Positions 19,701 through 28,469 of a DNA stretch of 64,000 nt are shown piece by piece. Position 1 is the stretch's first letter; the number at the start of each line of letters is the position of its first letter. Made by a program: the position numbers and the translations under genes. The stretch is from the IMG/VR virus record IMGVR_UViG_3300027763_000034, positions 1-64,000 of that record; one strand, 5' to 3'. A model generated the notes under the pieces. It saw nothing but the letters and a program-made list of their open reading frames with translations. It ran no database searches and had not been told where the DNA came from. The stretch comes from a virus.

Positions 19701-21963
19701 TTTCTGCTTCTGACTGCATCGCTATTGCTGCTGTCATTGCATGCCATTTTGCTGCTTCTTGTGCAACAATGCCAGTAGATGTTCCATTTACTGATGTGAC
19801 ACCAGGAATCTTTGGCATATCTTGATTCATATATGCTTGTGGGTTTTTTCCAATTCTTACATTAACTGGGCCTGCTCCAGGAACTGTTCCAAATATTGTT
19901 CCCATTTGTGGGCTTTGTGATGGTATGAGATGCGACATATCTCTTGAATATGGCTGTCCTACTAATGGGTTATTTTTATCTACAACTCTTTGGCCTGCTC
20001 CGCCAGAAGCAATTACTCCACCTGCTACGGTAGATATTGCTGGTTGGACTGCAACTTTTGCTGCATTTGCTTTAATCTCAAGATTATTAAATGATTCTGT
20101 TAAAGTATTTACTGCATTTGATAATACAATTGTTGCTTCTGAATCTGAATAAAATGATGTTGCTAATCCTTTTGCTGCTGCTTCTGCAGCCATTATTTCT
20201 GGTGTTAGTAACTTGAACCCTTGTCCACCCTTTGCAAGTTGTCTTAAATGGAAAATTCCTTTTATAACATAACCAATAAAGTTACCCATAACACCAGCCA
20301 ACATAATGAGTGGTCCAGCAATTGCTGTTATTCCACCTAATGCATTTAAAAATGTTTTAATTGGTCCTGGCAGGTGCTGGAAAAATTTAATAATAGAATC
20401 AACAACTTTTAATACTTGTGTGCTTATTTTTAAGAACTGCTCACCTGTTTGTGCTAAATCTGCTTGTACTGAAGCCCATGCTCTTTTAAACTGTCCAGAG
20501 GCTGACTCTGTCATAAGCTTTAATTCTCGCTCGGATATGCTTGCAAGGTCTACTGCACTTGCTTTCATTAGATCCATAACTTGAAGCGTTTGTGAGCCCT
20601 GTTTGCCTAAGTTTTCAAATAGTGCAGACATTCTTGCAAACTGAAACTTACCAAATAATTGTTCAATTGCTCTTGATTTATCTAATGGATTTAGTTTATC
20701 TAGTGCTGATTGCAGTGCCATGATGGTTCCCGTTAAATCACCAGCATTAGTATTTACTATACCCTTTAAATCAATTCCAAACGATGCAAACTGTTCTGTT
20801 GCAACTTTAGTTGGATTAATAAGTGATGCCATTGCTGACTTGATTGCATTTGCACCTTCGGCAGCATTTACTCCACCTTCTTTCATTGCTGTAAGGTATA
20901 GTGCTAAATCTTTTACATCTCCGCCGAGTGCTTTAATTACTGGGCCAGCTTTTGGAATTGCTTCAGTTAAATCTGCAAGGCTTGTTGATGTCTGGTTTTC
21001 AACTGCGTTGAGGAAGTCAATTGATTGTGTTAATTCTTCTGTGTTTTGTTTAAATGCATTTTGAATAGCAAGAGTTGCTTTCATTGCATCTTGTCTATCA
21101 ACTTCTCCAAGTACTGCAAGTCTTGTTGTTTGCTGTGTGGCCTGAAGTAAATCATTACCTTGTTTACCAGTTGCAGCAAGGTCTGCTGCTAGGGAGATTG
21201 TGTCTTTAAATGCAACACCATATGAACCAGCAATTTCTTTTGCTGTGTCAGAAACATCTTTTCTAACTTTTGCAAGTTCTTGAGATGAAACTGCTGACAG
21301 CCCACCATAAACTTTTGTAAGTCTTACTAATTCTTGATCAGCTTCTTTAAATGCTTTTTGTGCAGCCATTCCAAATGCTGCAAGGGGTACAGTTAATCCA
21401 ACTGTTAATTGGCGACCAGCCCACTGCGTGTTTTTACCCCAGTTAATAAGTTGGTTAGATCCATCAAGCATAACCTTATTCATGATTGCTGCTTCTTGGC
21501 GAGCAAGTGCCATCTTATTTTTTACTTCATCAAGACCTTTTGCAACCATTACGTTATACTGCATTAAGCCCTGTGCATTTTTACCAACAGGTTGAACTAT
21601 TGCTTGCTGCAGCATTACCTGCTGTTTTGCAAGATCTTTAATTAAATTGCTAGTCTTTTTTGTATGGCCATTCCAAGCATTATAATAATCGTTGAGCTTT
21701 AAACGGCCTCTATCTAAGTTCTTTCCGAACTTGTCTACGTCTGAAGATAGTGATACAAAGTGTGAGGAGAACTGGCCAGTTGAGCGCATCGTTTCTGCAA
21801 ACGATTTGTTCATTACTGCAATTTGATTTGCAAGCTTAGCGTTAGTTCCCGCTGTTGTTTCTTGTAATTTTACGAGTTGGGCAGTAACCGCAGCTAGCTG
21901 AGTTCTTAAACTCGTAAAGTCTGCGTGGGCGGTAATATTGGTCGTGATTAAATTATCTGCCAT
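13792..21963 (-). CDS. tape measure protein with inserted cargo domains (including a kinase-like domain)
   Basis: 2723 aa directly after the tail chaperones. TP901-type TMP core (GRQLTVGLTVPLAAFG...EQLFGK), hydrophobic TM-like segments, GGPV...VGEKGPELFVP motif. Confidence 0.95.
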   Translation of the reverse strand: MADNLITTNITAHADFTSLRTQLAAVTAQLVKLQETTAGTNAKLANQIAVMNKSFAETMRSTGQFSSHFVSLSSDVDKFGKNLDRGRLKLNDYYNAWNGHTKKTSNLIKDLAKQQVMLQQAIVQPVGKNAQGLMQYNVMVAKGLDEVKNKMALARQEAAIMNKVMLDGSNQLINWGKNTQWAGRQLTVGLTVPLAAFGMAAQKAFKEADQELVRLTKVYGGLSAVSSQELAKVRKDVSDTAKEIAGSYGVAFKDTISLAADLAATGKQGNDLLQATQQTTRLAVLGEVDRQDAMKATLAIQNAFKQNTEELTQSIDFLNAVENQTSTSLADLTEAIPKAGPVIKALGGDVKDLALYLTAMKEGGVNAAEGANAIKSAMASLINPTKVATEQFASFGIDLKGIVNTNAGDLTGTIMALQSALDKLNPLDKSRAIEQLFGKFQFARMSALFENLGKQGSQTLQVMDLMKASAVDLASISERELKLMTESASGQFKRAWASVQADLAQTGEQFLKISTQVLKVVDSIIKFFQHLPGPIKTFLNALGGITAIAGPLIMLAGVMGNFIGYVIKGIFHLRQLAKGGQGFKLLTPEIMAAEAAAKGLATSFYSDSEATIVLSNAVNTLTESFNNLEIKANAAKVAVQPAISTVAGGVIASGGAGQRVVDKNNPLVGQPYSRDMSHLIPSQSPQMGTIFGTVPGAGPVNVRIGKNPQAYMNQDMPKIPGVTSVNGTSTGIVAQEAAKWHAMTAAIAMQSEAEIKTLKAEVMATGTITSSLAESYQALLPQFSEITQLAAAETQAIVAELQASKITVDQARAKVISMNATVEAMLAETAAATAAGMGRVANLTTVPLTAQPVVDPLTGKSNMKEMFHKGTTKDIVDKIARALGGVRTSGAGYNIQTTKPKFADGGIVPGTGNSDTYHTTAEAGSFVINKKSTQENMPIISNLLGGTPTFADGGQVPVVLTPGEAVVPADIAQDNMPLMHALNGGPGNTSGLGRNLGGGLSENLFTGLKGWLTRNSDPSYDASLKNRVILHDAAVLNHLGFSEDEAVSMAKRDFEEAMQRTKDPKTGQVDRKAFNRFRIEQSRRMQEYIDMQGMGRTVVNKDGSTSKAKYKDLLWQDKPEELKPGGRPSANSRVQPSRSLVAALMARADIDQVSLQRVMNTFTSNGKLDYASEHLDQDRNFFTTENGNLKSNRTRGNAYLAMAGSSKVNSFTNWLASMTQGKFVDRVPLTGNAAKETADLLAKELKYGNAQNLIKRMPVIQRGHMITQMMRLLLTRGRALPLTREIAANSGGEIPGSFAQRLFGGGKAMFLGIPKTIKQVEQQRAMKAAMEKADLAVKDSRFARHPVTEYGDLLEPTSGRSFPVPGIGGVYTRNGEKVFVKPMLDEKAALAEMRATQIAREAHGLKAPKQSVNVMRDPTDPKGLRKLLVLESQFDKALTVQDGKFTTDQYFRQLLASSLRGDKDLGRGNLSGNVLADVGTAGVFSTASGVRDYSAMMPSVGNQAMINLLGVKGSGAKKFFAESTMDIPAGMTADAYHSRMLSEIETTLPRLKKTIGSFDLNQEEKVIYAKMIQRLEDARDVNWNKLHGVHSAVVASKETNLTPAALAKIAAAEELKRRQSGHIVSLSDAGFKSSANGFAIGGMIGNVLKGKAMHRIGAGFGPTGAPKPSMYESAPWGVNSLSIEMANTLFANTGLRKHTQKLFYDKFAAALAKEKPYGYVKDAKGSLKNALEPDILDSVVRSAASDLIGDRSVLKQLSPIDKDILRNKYLNWESKKDTPLTESLKKIIFGLEGREKGGPVNAGQPYVVGEKGPELFVPRNAGGIIPNKYGAGGQIAGSIAAMVGAGMIASKIANPIASMIVQQLGFMLPMMMQSATLGQGGKGGRLMSKLPASMTTPVGVISGKTGGLTKYGTAMTEMASSGKRFQGIIGKLGLAMTRFNLIAFGAVTAITIGIKVWKAHNESMRLNALGYGMTAEAAQKAGLKFTDFNGKMKDVVTDAKSVIEHNKMLYESMTTSGTPLKLTIEQYKKLKTEVKSTYKDQIALINKTSGKDQADLAVRLKEQFIAMGMSAEQATAKIYTMYKLSNKAASASLYTFGNSRFVNRKDAVTGAVGAIGTYDKAASTNRDATEQANALNTALMGTDTAISTKYNEMLKARKKDKTKPSFISTGELDQMKLDAESQTLDAINGKLKTQGTLTKETIDELAKENPEIRKIATTQDTVLSLWQKTRLEARGYTGDLSALNAQQTAALYKMAEAVAANVEGQNRVGLLKKQYDSLDKLKALQEKYTKAMKGQSVAAQISDRDRLAAINKQIDAINKLADARKKALEDKKNTEDTGRAIEAKKLELQNAEATGNTAGAQQARLDLEGLVKGQQYDQQIKAIDAKAKADIEPLKKQAEAISNKQQAMGDAAALAGEKMGDLTKEIDKLETPMNAFNKAITAYQMAITKHKDDLAKWKTTDEYRGMLAAITAAATAAKVDTTGLSKDKDGNLGIKAGQELFDKVAPGIEAALEKSGITLNGDLIVNGKKIDMGKTTGMAKLSTVPTTIPAGNGAYSGSTFIQPQELQKAGATQKMDASGRSSTWVGVEFLDKDGKKWVVSGDGGRAGLSITKKAGYGTMRLDPKVPTIVGDRGPEMAFGGMVIPNMAKIPYASPRYDVNQAAKMFEPMRDANAGQGIINYTQHIHASPGMNEAQLITKAKVAAVEFLQATLKQNEKMVGVKRT

Positions 21964-21972
21964 ATACTTATG

Positions 21973-22347
21973 TTACTCTATAGAGTATCCTAATCCTGCT
22001 CCGATACCAAAACCAGCTTCGCTGGCAAAGGCCCCTTGTAGTGAAACTACATCATCTGCTGATGCATTTATACCAAGTGCTCTTCTTTTAATATCTTCGA
22101 AGGTTGATTCCCCCTCATTTTGATTACTGCTTTCATTTAAATCTACACCCTGAATTGAAGCTAAGAATTTTCTTTTCTCCGACTCAGACTTTTGCATTGA
22201 TTTAAAAGTCTGGATTAACTCTGGCATTGAAAGATTATCTTCTAGTTGTTCGTAATTTATCCAATTACCAAGAAGAAAAACTTCCCCTTCTAAAGCGGCT
22301 AGATCTAGTTCTGACCAGCCAGTACTGCTGCCGCTAGTAGGTTTGGG
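21973..22347 (-). CDS. tail assembly chaperone, -1 frameshift extension (GT-like C-terminal part)
   Basis: The -1 frame is open from the slippery site: PKPTSGSSTGWSELDLAALEGEVFLLGNWINYEQLEDNLSMPEL... to the stop at 21973. Confidence 0.8.
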   Translation of the reverse strand, partial: PKPTSGSSTGWSELDLAALEGEVFLLGNWINYEQLEDNLSMPELIQTFKSMQKSESEKRKFLASIQGVDLNESSNQNEGESTFEDIKRRALGINASADDVVSLQGAFASEAGFGIGAGLGYSIE

Positions 22348-22637
22348 TCGTCCATCTTAATTCCTCCGCAAACTTCTAGAATGCGATTGATAGTTGGAAC
22401 GTCAAGTGTGTCTTCAAATGCGTCTTTATCTGCTACTAGGTCTGGCAGTTGCTTTTTTAGTGCCACTCCACATGCCTCAATAAGAATTGTTAATGTCTCA
22501 TCTTCTGATGTTACTTCTTGTGTTCTTTGAATGACCTTCATAAACTCACGAAGCTCTTTAATTGTTAAAGGCTTGAGTTTAACTGTTGCGCCATTTTGTA
22601 GTTGAATTTCTTCAACATCATATACTGTAGTTGCCAA
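22305..22637 (-). CDS. tail assembly chaperone (G-like)
   Basis: Lies between the major tail protein and tape measure; LKPLTIKELREF; AGGAGG SD. Confidence 0.85.
   Translation of the reverse strand: MATTVYDVEEIQLQNGATVKLKPLTIKELREFMKVIQRTQEVTSEDETLTILIEACGVALKKQLPDLVADKDAFEDTLDVPTINRILEVCGGIKMDDPNLLAAAVLAGQN
22341..22347 (-). other. programmed -1 ribosomal frameshift site C-CCA-AAC
   Basis: X-XXY-YYZ heptamer CCCAAAC in the correct frame (D-P-N), joining the two chaperone ORFs. Confidence 0.8.
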
Positions 22638-22698
22638 TTTAATCCTCCTAGGATTCTGTCTTAATTATTGTATCATATTCAAAATATCATAGCAATAG

Positions 22699-22723
22699 AA
22701 AACCCCCCAATTTCTTGGGGGGC
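22699..22723 (-). terminator. intrinsic terminator after the major tail gene
   Basis: CCCCCCAA-GAAA-TTGGGGGG followed by TTTT on the minus strand. Confidence 0.75.
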
Positions 22724-22745
22724 ATCTATTAATTAATTAAATTAA

Positions 22746-23483
22746 TTATGCTGAAAGAACACGGTCTACAATGAAACCATATTCTGCACCTGAGTGAGCT
22801 GAGTCACCAGATGGAAGCAAACGGAATGTTACTGGGAATGTTGATGCTGCGTTACGAGCCAAAGAGAACTGTGACTGTTGTACAGAAAGAACACGACGTG
22901 CATAGTATACACGCTCAGTCTTAGGATCTGATTCTGAAGTTGGTGCTTGACCAACTGCAATAAGCTGACGCTCTGTTGGTGCTTCACCAAGAGCTCCACC
23001 TGCAAGACCTAGCTTTTTGCCAGAGTCTGTAAGTGTAGTTGATGCCTGACCAAATACAGCAAGAACGTTCTCAAGAGTACCTTCTGCCATTTCTGTTGCG
23101 ATCATAACTTCCATTGTCTCCTTGAATAGCTTTGCTGAGTCAAGAAGCTGATCTACTGTTACTGAACCGTATGATGGGTTGTATGTAACCTGAAGACCGT
23201 TGTTTGTGTAACCTACGTTACGATAAAATGCACCCTTTGTGTCAAGCGCTGGTGAAATTGCACCAGTTGCTGCTGTTGCAGTATCAATCTTGTTCAAAGA
23301 ATCTGTATAAGACTCTCCAGTTTTAAATGCTGGAACTGTCTTGTTCTTGTTTGCTGTGAATGCATTGAGTGTACCAGCTGGTGCTGATGTCACGTAATCT
23401 GGGCTAGTGATGTCATTTACTGAAAGAAACAGTGGTGACGCACCAACGAGAATATTTCTAGCATTACCTGTATTTTGTGCCAT
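22746..23483 (-). CDS. major tail (tube) protein
   Basis: NILVGA, VGYTNNGL...VDQLLD, EGTLEN, FPVTFRLLP; strong SD, own terminator and position. Confidence 0.85.
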   Translation of the reverse strand: MAQNTGNARNILVGASPLFLSVNDITSPDYVTSAPAGTLNAFTANKNKTVPAFKTGESYTDSLNKIDTATAATGAISPALDTKGAFYRNVGYTNNGLQVTYNPSYGSVTVDQLLDSAKLFKETMEVMIATEMAEGTLENVLAVFGQASTTLTDSGKKLGLAGGALGEAPTERQLIAVGQAPTSESDPKTERVYYARRVLSVQQSQFSLARNAASTFPVTFRLLPSGDSAHSGAEYGFIVDRVLSA

Positions 23484-23605
23484 GTTGTAAAACCTCCTGT
23501 TAAATAAATATATATATATTGACTTACATTTTAAATCTAATCAAAGCTGGCTAGGCTCTCTTTTTCCTCTTAGCTAATTTTACTGGATAACTAGACTAAA
23601 AGCAA

Positions 23606-24115
23606 CTAGTTAAATCGACCCTCGGAATCTGTAGTTCTTGAATATTTGACCTCTAGGATTACATCTGTGGACATAAAGCCCTTAAGTTCTGCTGAAGGCT
23701 CTATGGGTGATGTCTCGACTACATGAATGCTGTGGAAAATTAGTTTATTCGTGTCCCTAACTGCATTTGCATCTCTGGCAGACTCGTCCATTCTGCGGAA
23801 CAAGTCCATCATAAGGTTTCTTATTTCATAGACCTCTGTGATGTCTGTCGAGTAAATTGTAAATAGGACTTTTTCGCAGCATATCAACCAAATGTCTTCA
23901 TATGACATTCCGATCTTGTCATAAACAATATGCTTTTTACCATTTAGAAATTGATCCATTTCTGGTGATTGCTGTACTGGTATGATTGGGATTATCTCTG
24001 TTCCAAGATTATCTGAATAGTAATTATAGGGATCAAATATTCCCGCATCTTTTAACTCTTTCCACAAAAATTTACGAAGCTCGAACATTGCGTCTATTTT
24101 ATAATCTACCGTCAT
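23606..24115 (-). CDS. tail terminator / completion protein
   Basis: Last neck gene before the major tail protein. Confidence 0.6.
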   Translation of the reverse strand: MTVDYKIDAMFELRKFLWKELKDAGIFDPYNYYSDNLGTEIIPIIPVQQSPEMDQFLNGKKHIVYDKIGMSYEDIWLICCEKVLFTIYSTDITEVYEIRNLMMDLFRRMDESARDANAVRDTNKLIFHSIHVVETSPIEPSAELKGFMSTDVILEVKYSRTTDSEGRFN

Positions 24116-24900
24116 AGTGAGCCTCCAAATGCTGCCTGTAGTGATGCGTCCGCCTGTGTTCTTATTTTACCAGGGCTGAAGCTATATTGCACCTTCTTTA
24201 TATTCATTGGAAGATTTAGTGCTTTTGTCATTTTTGAATTAAATATTCTTTGTAGTCCAGATGATTTTATTGATGAGTTTACCAACTGCCCACCAAAAAA
24301 TCTTCCATATGACAATGAGAATTGATTTGTGGCCTGTGCTCCACCAGGCCTCTTAACGGTCACTGACGTACCTTTGGGCATGAAGACAGTTTCACCATCT
24401 AGCTCGAATACTAGGCGCTCAGCCGACCTTGGACGGATTACTATGGGCATTCCAGTTTCCATCACAAGAGCTTTGTTTGCAAATATATATTTCTTTTTTT
24501 GTTTTTTATTTTTAGACGGCACGGATGACTTAGATAATTTAAAGTCATAGTTTATTTTAAATGATAAGCCATCTAGATCTAGTCTTGAAAGTTTAAATAG
24601 TCTTGCGGTTGGTACTCCAACCTTATTCCATTCGTATACATGATGTAAAGATCTTGGCTTTACTCTTGACTGCGAATCAATATAGTCGCCAAAGTCTTTT
24701 TCTATTTGATTAAATATTGTTGTTTTAAATAAATTCTTAAACTCAGCATTTGTTGTTAGCTTAGAAAGGACTGCTGCTTCATAATATAAAAATGCAGAAA
24801 CTTGTGCTACTGTGCTATCCCTAAGAATTCCTGGGGCTGATCCAGCCATTAATCTTTCAAGTCCGCTGGCAGTTTGAATTAACGCTACGCTAGAATCCAA
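24112..24900 (-). CDS. neck / tail completion protein
   Basis: Neck-module position; LHHVYEW motif. Likely TTG start at 24900 (the ORF extends to 24954). Confidence 0.55.
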   Translation of the reverse strand: MDSSVALIQTASGLERLMAGSAPGILRDSTVAQVSAFLYYEAAVLSKLTTNAEFKNLFKTTIFNQIEKDFGDYIDSQSRVKPRSLHHVYEWNKVGVPTARLFKLSRLDLDGLSFKINYDFKLSKSSVPSKNKKQKKKYIFANKALVMETGMPIVIRPRSAERLVFELDGETVFMPKGTSVTVKRPGGAQATNQFSLSYGRFFGGQLVNSSIKSSGLQRIFNSKMTKALNLPMNIKKVQYSFSPGKIRTQADASLQAAFGGSL

Positions 24901-25315
24901 TTTCCTGGTTCTCCGATCTCTTTGCAACAGAGTTGTATGCAAGAACATTACCAAATGGATCGGTAATCGGGGTAGAGCTTATGACTTCAAATACTGTTGG
25001 TGTATTATTTGGGTAGTTAATTTCTTTCCAAACAACGTTACCAGACATATCTCTAACATTGGTAATCTTTTCTCTATATGTTATTTGATCAGGTGTTCTG
25101 ATTTCAAGCATTTGTTCATTTGAATACTTATTGTTAAATATCTGCTTGTCGCCGCTTCTTCCAGAACCAGAATTTGAAATTATTCCTTTTGCCGCACATG
25201 GGACAGACCTAGTAAAAATCCATTCTTTTTTAATGGCTCCAGTATTTTCATCTTGAGTGTCTAATTGAAGATAGATATCTAGCTTCATTGGCATTAATGA
25301 AGTTGCTAGGCTCAT
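24890..25315 (-). CDS. head closure / stopper protein
   Basis: QDENTGAIKKEW pattern; follows the connector gene. Confidence 0.65.
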   Translation of the reverse strand: MSLATSLMPMKLDIYLQLDTQDENTGAIKKEWIFTRSVPCAAKGIISNSGSGRSGDKQIFNNKYSNEQMLEIRTPDQITYREKITNVRDMSGNVVWKEINYPNNTPTVFEVISSTPITDPFGNVLAYNSVAKRSENQEIGF

Positions 25316-25316
25316 T

Positions 25317-26303
25317 TTAGAACGCTACCATTCCGTTCAATACATACGGTGCAAGTAGTTGGTCTGCATACAAGTTTCCAGTTCCTCTATGTGCATCCTG
25401 CAAGAATTCAAACTTCCAGTCAAATGTACTAATGTTCTTAACATACTTATCTTTCCATGCACGATCCTGATCAAAGTATTGCTTAATTAATACTATGCAT
25501 GCCTCTTCAACATTATCTGGTATTGAGGACCATCCAAATCTTCCTTGAACAGAATATCTGCGATCTTTTTTAAATGCAGCGGAAAATCCTTGGTCGTTAA
25601 TTGTTGGCTGGACCATTCCGTTTGCAGAATAAATCATGTCGTCCATCATCTGCTGCCTGTTGACTCTGATTCCAAATCCCGATTCAGAAATCATTGGTTC
25701 GTATATCCAGTTTTTAACATTGTTTATATTATCAATTAAAAGGACATCGTTTTCATATACCTCATGAATTTCATTAAGTTTAAATGGCATAGGCAAAATG
25801 TCTGAGCCTGAGCCATAAACAATCTGCTTATCATCGTATAAATGAAAAATCTGATTTGTATAAATTTCAATAAGTTTTCTGGCATACTTTTCAGCCATCT
25901 GTAGCTCGTGATATGATTTATAGTTAGGGTCAGAAGGATCTGTTCCAAAGTTTAAATCATCAATGATGTCTGATAGATTTGCATATGGTGTTACTACGTC
26001 TGTAAAGTATATGTGTGAGGCCTGATTATTATTGACCGTGTACCGCCACTCTACTTTAAATTTTCTATTTCTTCTGCATAAAGATAACGGCAAAACAACC
26101 TGATACGTTCCCATATCAGTTTCTAGTTTTGTAGCAGTAAATGTTCCTACTGGAACTGTTGGGCTAACTGCTGGGGATACTGTATTGTCTTCGGTAATAT
26201 CGTATATAACCGCTGTAACAGATCCATCTGCATCTACTAGTTCTCCACCCCAAAATATTTTTGTTTTAATTGGTGAAGTTTGATCTTTGTATATTTCTGC
26301 CAT
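25317..26303 (-). CDS. head-tail connector/adaptor protein
   Basis: YA...A...IE.YT...GRFGWSSIPDNVEEAC...TGNLYADQLLAPY. Confidence 0.75.
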   Translation of the reverse strand: MAEIYKDQTSPIKTKIFWGGELVDADGSVTAVIYDITEDNTVSPAVSPTVPVGTFTATKLETDMGTYQVVLPLSLCRRNRKFKVEWRYTVNNNQASHIYFTDVVTPYANLSDIIDDLNFGTDPSDPNYKSYHELQMAEKYARKLIEIYTNQIFHLYDDKQIVYGSGSDILPMPFKLNEIHEVYENDVLLIDNINNVKNWIYEPMISESGFGIRVNRQQMMDDMIYSANGMVQPTINDQGFSAAFKKDRRYSVQGRFGWSSIPDNVEEACIVLIKQYFDQDRAWKDKYVKNISTFDWKFEFLQDAHRGTGNLYADQLLAPYVLNGMVAF

Positions 26304-26319
26304 TAACTTATGTTAACGT

Positions 26320-26712
26320 TTAGTTGTAGAAGTCCTGAACTTCCTTTGGTGTCGCTAAACGAAAACCCTCCTCTGTATCAAAGATATTTTGAGCATCTTC
26401 TTCAGACATTGCTACAAAAGGATGATCTTTTGTAAAAGTATATCCGTGGATATCGTATCTGTGATTGTCTCTTGTCATTCTTACAAGTAGGGTATCTTCT
26501 GCCTGAGCTTTTGGATCAAACTTTGGAAGAACTTCAATTTCTTCTGTGTCTCTTTCAATTGCTTCTAACGTGCTTTGATATACACTCCAAGTAACGCCTT
26601 CTTCTGCTAGAGCTGCAATAATGTCTTTTTTATTTTTTAGGCCTTCTGAATCAACTGCAAAATCTGTTGCAATTACTTTTAACTCAGCCACTTTTAATGT
26701 GTCAAACGACAT
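26320..26712 (-). CDS. protein with Rho-N/HeH-like N-terminal motif
   Basis: LKVAELKVIA...GLKNKKDIIAAL; located after the capsid gene. Confidence 0.6.
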   Translation of the reverse strand: MSFDTLKVAELKVIATDFAVDSEGLKNKKDIIAALAEEGVTWSVYQSTLEAIERDTEEIEVLPKFDPKAQAEDTLLVRMTRDNHRYDIHGYTFTKDHPFVAMSEEDAQNIFDTEEGFRLATPKEVQDFYN

Positions 26713-26767
26713 ATTTTATTTCTCCTTTTTCTAGGTCCTTTAATTATAGCATTGTTAAATTTAAATG

Positions 26768-26797
26768 AAAAGCCCCCAAAATTAATTGGGGGCCTTT
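26768..26797 (-). terminator. intrinsic terminator after the capsid gene
   Basis: GCCCCCAA-loop-TTGGGGGC-TTTT on the minus strand. Confidence 0.75.
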
Positions 26798-26819
26798 CTG
26801 TAGTCTAATTCTTAATTAA

Positions 26820-27869
26820 TTAAGAAGCAACCTTAACGTTCTTTACAACTACCCAAGCGTCTGCCTGCTCGATTTGAACGCCAACACGAGTATACATTGT
26901 GTACTCGATTGAGTCCTTACGTGGCCAGAAGAATCGGTAAACAGTAACATCACGCTTGATACCAATAACAACGTTATTTGGGAATGTCAAGTGGATATCT
27001 CCGTGTGAACCTGATGGGCTTGCATATGTACCTGTCTGTGTCTCAGGAAGCAATGGAACTTCAACGATTGGAATACCAAATGCGTATGGAGCTACATATC
27101 CTGCTGGACCTCCAAGAACTGGAACATCACCACGGATGATGCCTGAAGCAATATCCTGTGGAGTAACGTTCTGGATGTTCTGTGAGTTAGAGTATAAGTA
27201 ATCCTGGATCAAGTTTGATCCTGAAAGGAAGCGAAGGTCTGTACGACGTTGCTTGTACTTACGTGGAAGAGCCTTTAGAGCTGAGTTAAATACTGCACGA
27301 GAAATTCCCGCACCTGCAGCATCGACAACACGTCCGTGTGTCTTTGCCTTCTTAACTACACCGTCAAAAGACTTGTATAGTGCATCGCTTGAAAGAGATG
27401 AGTCACCGTTAAGAAGAAGATCTTCGATGTCATTTCCTGCTTGTGTTGCCATCATACGTGCAATGTGATCTTCTAGATCTGCACCTTCAATGTTGTCTTC
27501 TAGAGACTCTGTTGAAAGCTCCCAGTCCATGCGGAGTTTCTTTGTTGAAAGAGAAATTTTTGAGAAAGTAACACCGCTGTTAGCAGCTGTGTTTTCGCCT
27601 TCGGATGCAAGCTTTACAAGCTTTTCTCCTACGGACATACGATCAATTTCTGTTGTGTCGGATTTCATTCGGACTGTACGTGCAACCTTACCAATTACGG
27701 TAGCATCGAACATATAGTCCAAGAATCGTGCTGATTGTTCTGGGTTTAGAAGTCCACCGTTGCCATTTTCTGAAGCAACATGAACGCCTGAACCACCTGT
27801 TGAAGAACCGAACCCAGTTGATACTGTTGCACCAGCTGCTGCGGCCTTTTCTAATAATTCATTACTCAT
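26820..27869 (-). CDS. major capsid protein (HK97 fold)
   Basis: GGLLNPEQS..F, ELSTESLEDNIEG, DIEDLLLNGD, FGIPIVEVP; strong codon bias, SD and terminator. Confidence 0.93.
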   Translation of the reverse strand: MSNELLEKAAAAGATVSTGFGSSTGGSGVHVASENGNGGLLNPEQSARFLDYMFDATVIGKVARTVRMKSDTTEIDRMSVGEKLVKLASEGENTAANSGVTFSKISLSTKKLRMDWELSTESLEDNIEGADLEDHIARMMATQAGNDIEDLLLNGDSSLSSDALYKSFDGVVKKAKTHGRVVDAAGAGISRAVFNSALKALPRKYKQRRTDLRFLSGSNLIQDYLYSNSQNIQNVTPQDIASGIIRGDVPVLGGPAGYVAPYAFGIPIVEVPLLPETQTGTYASPSGSHGDIHLTFPNNVVIGIKRDVTVYRFFWPRKDSIEYTMYTRVGVQIEQADAWVVVKNVKVAS

Positions 27870-27890
27870 TTTTATTTCACCTACCTTATT

Positions 27891-28469
27891 TTAGTTAAAG
27901 ATTTCATTTACGGAACCGAGGAAAGCTCCAGACCATTTTGATTTTGATTTAGTAAATACCTCAGACCCGCCAAGGTCAGAGGACTTCTTAATTGCGGTAT
28001 CGCCTTCTACGGCATCTACCTGCTTTTGAACACCTTCGATGGTGCCCTTTATTTCTGACACAGCATCACTAAGTGCGCTGTGCTTTTCTGCCAACTCAAG
28101 AATTCTAGCATCGACATTTTTGCTGAAGGCTTCGACAGATGTTTTAATTTCTGTAACCTGTGCAGCAGATGCCTCTGTAGCCTTTGTGAGTGTATCGGAG
28201 AAAAAGCCTTTTAGATCGCCTAACATTTTTGCAAAATCAGGTTCATCAACCATAACTTCTACTGTATCGGCTGCTTTTTCAACGTTGTCGGCAGAGGTAT
28301 CTTCAACTGTAGAATCTACAGCTTCCAATGATTTGTCAAAAAGATTGACGTTTGAGTCATTGTTAGCTTCCGCTACAACTGTCTCAACTTCTGGAGTAAC
28401 TTCGGCTGGCGCTTCAACAACTGCTTCTGCAGCTACTTCAACATCATTACCTACATTAAGTTTTTCCAT
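27891..28469 (-). CDS. internally initiated scaffold protein (nested in the protease gene)
   Basis: In-frame AAGGAGGT SD followed by ATG (MEKLNVG...) at 28469. Confidence 0.7.
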   Translation of the reverse strand: MEKLNVGNDVEVAAEAVVEAPAEVTPEVETVVAEANNDSNVNLFDKSLEAVDSTVEDTSADNVEKAADTVEVMVDEPDFAKMLGDLKGFFSDTLTKATEASAAQVTEIKTSVEAFSKNVDARILELAEKHSALSDAVSEIKGTIEGVQKQVDAVEGDTAIKKSSDLGGSEVFTKSKSKWSGAFLGSVNEIFN

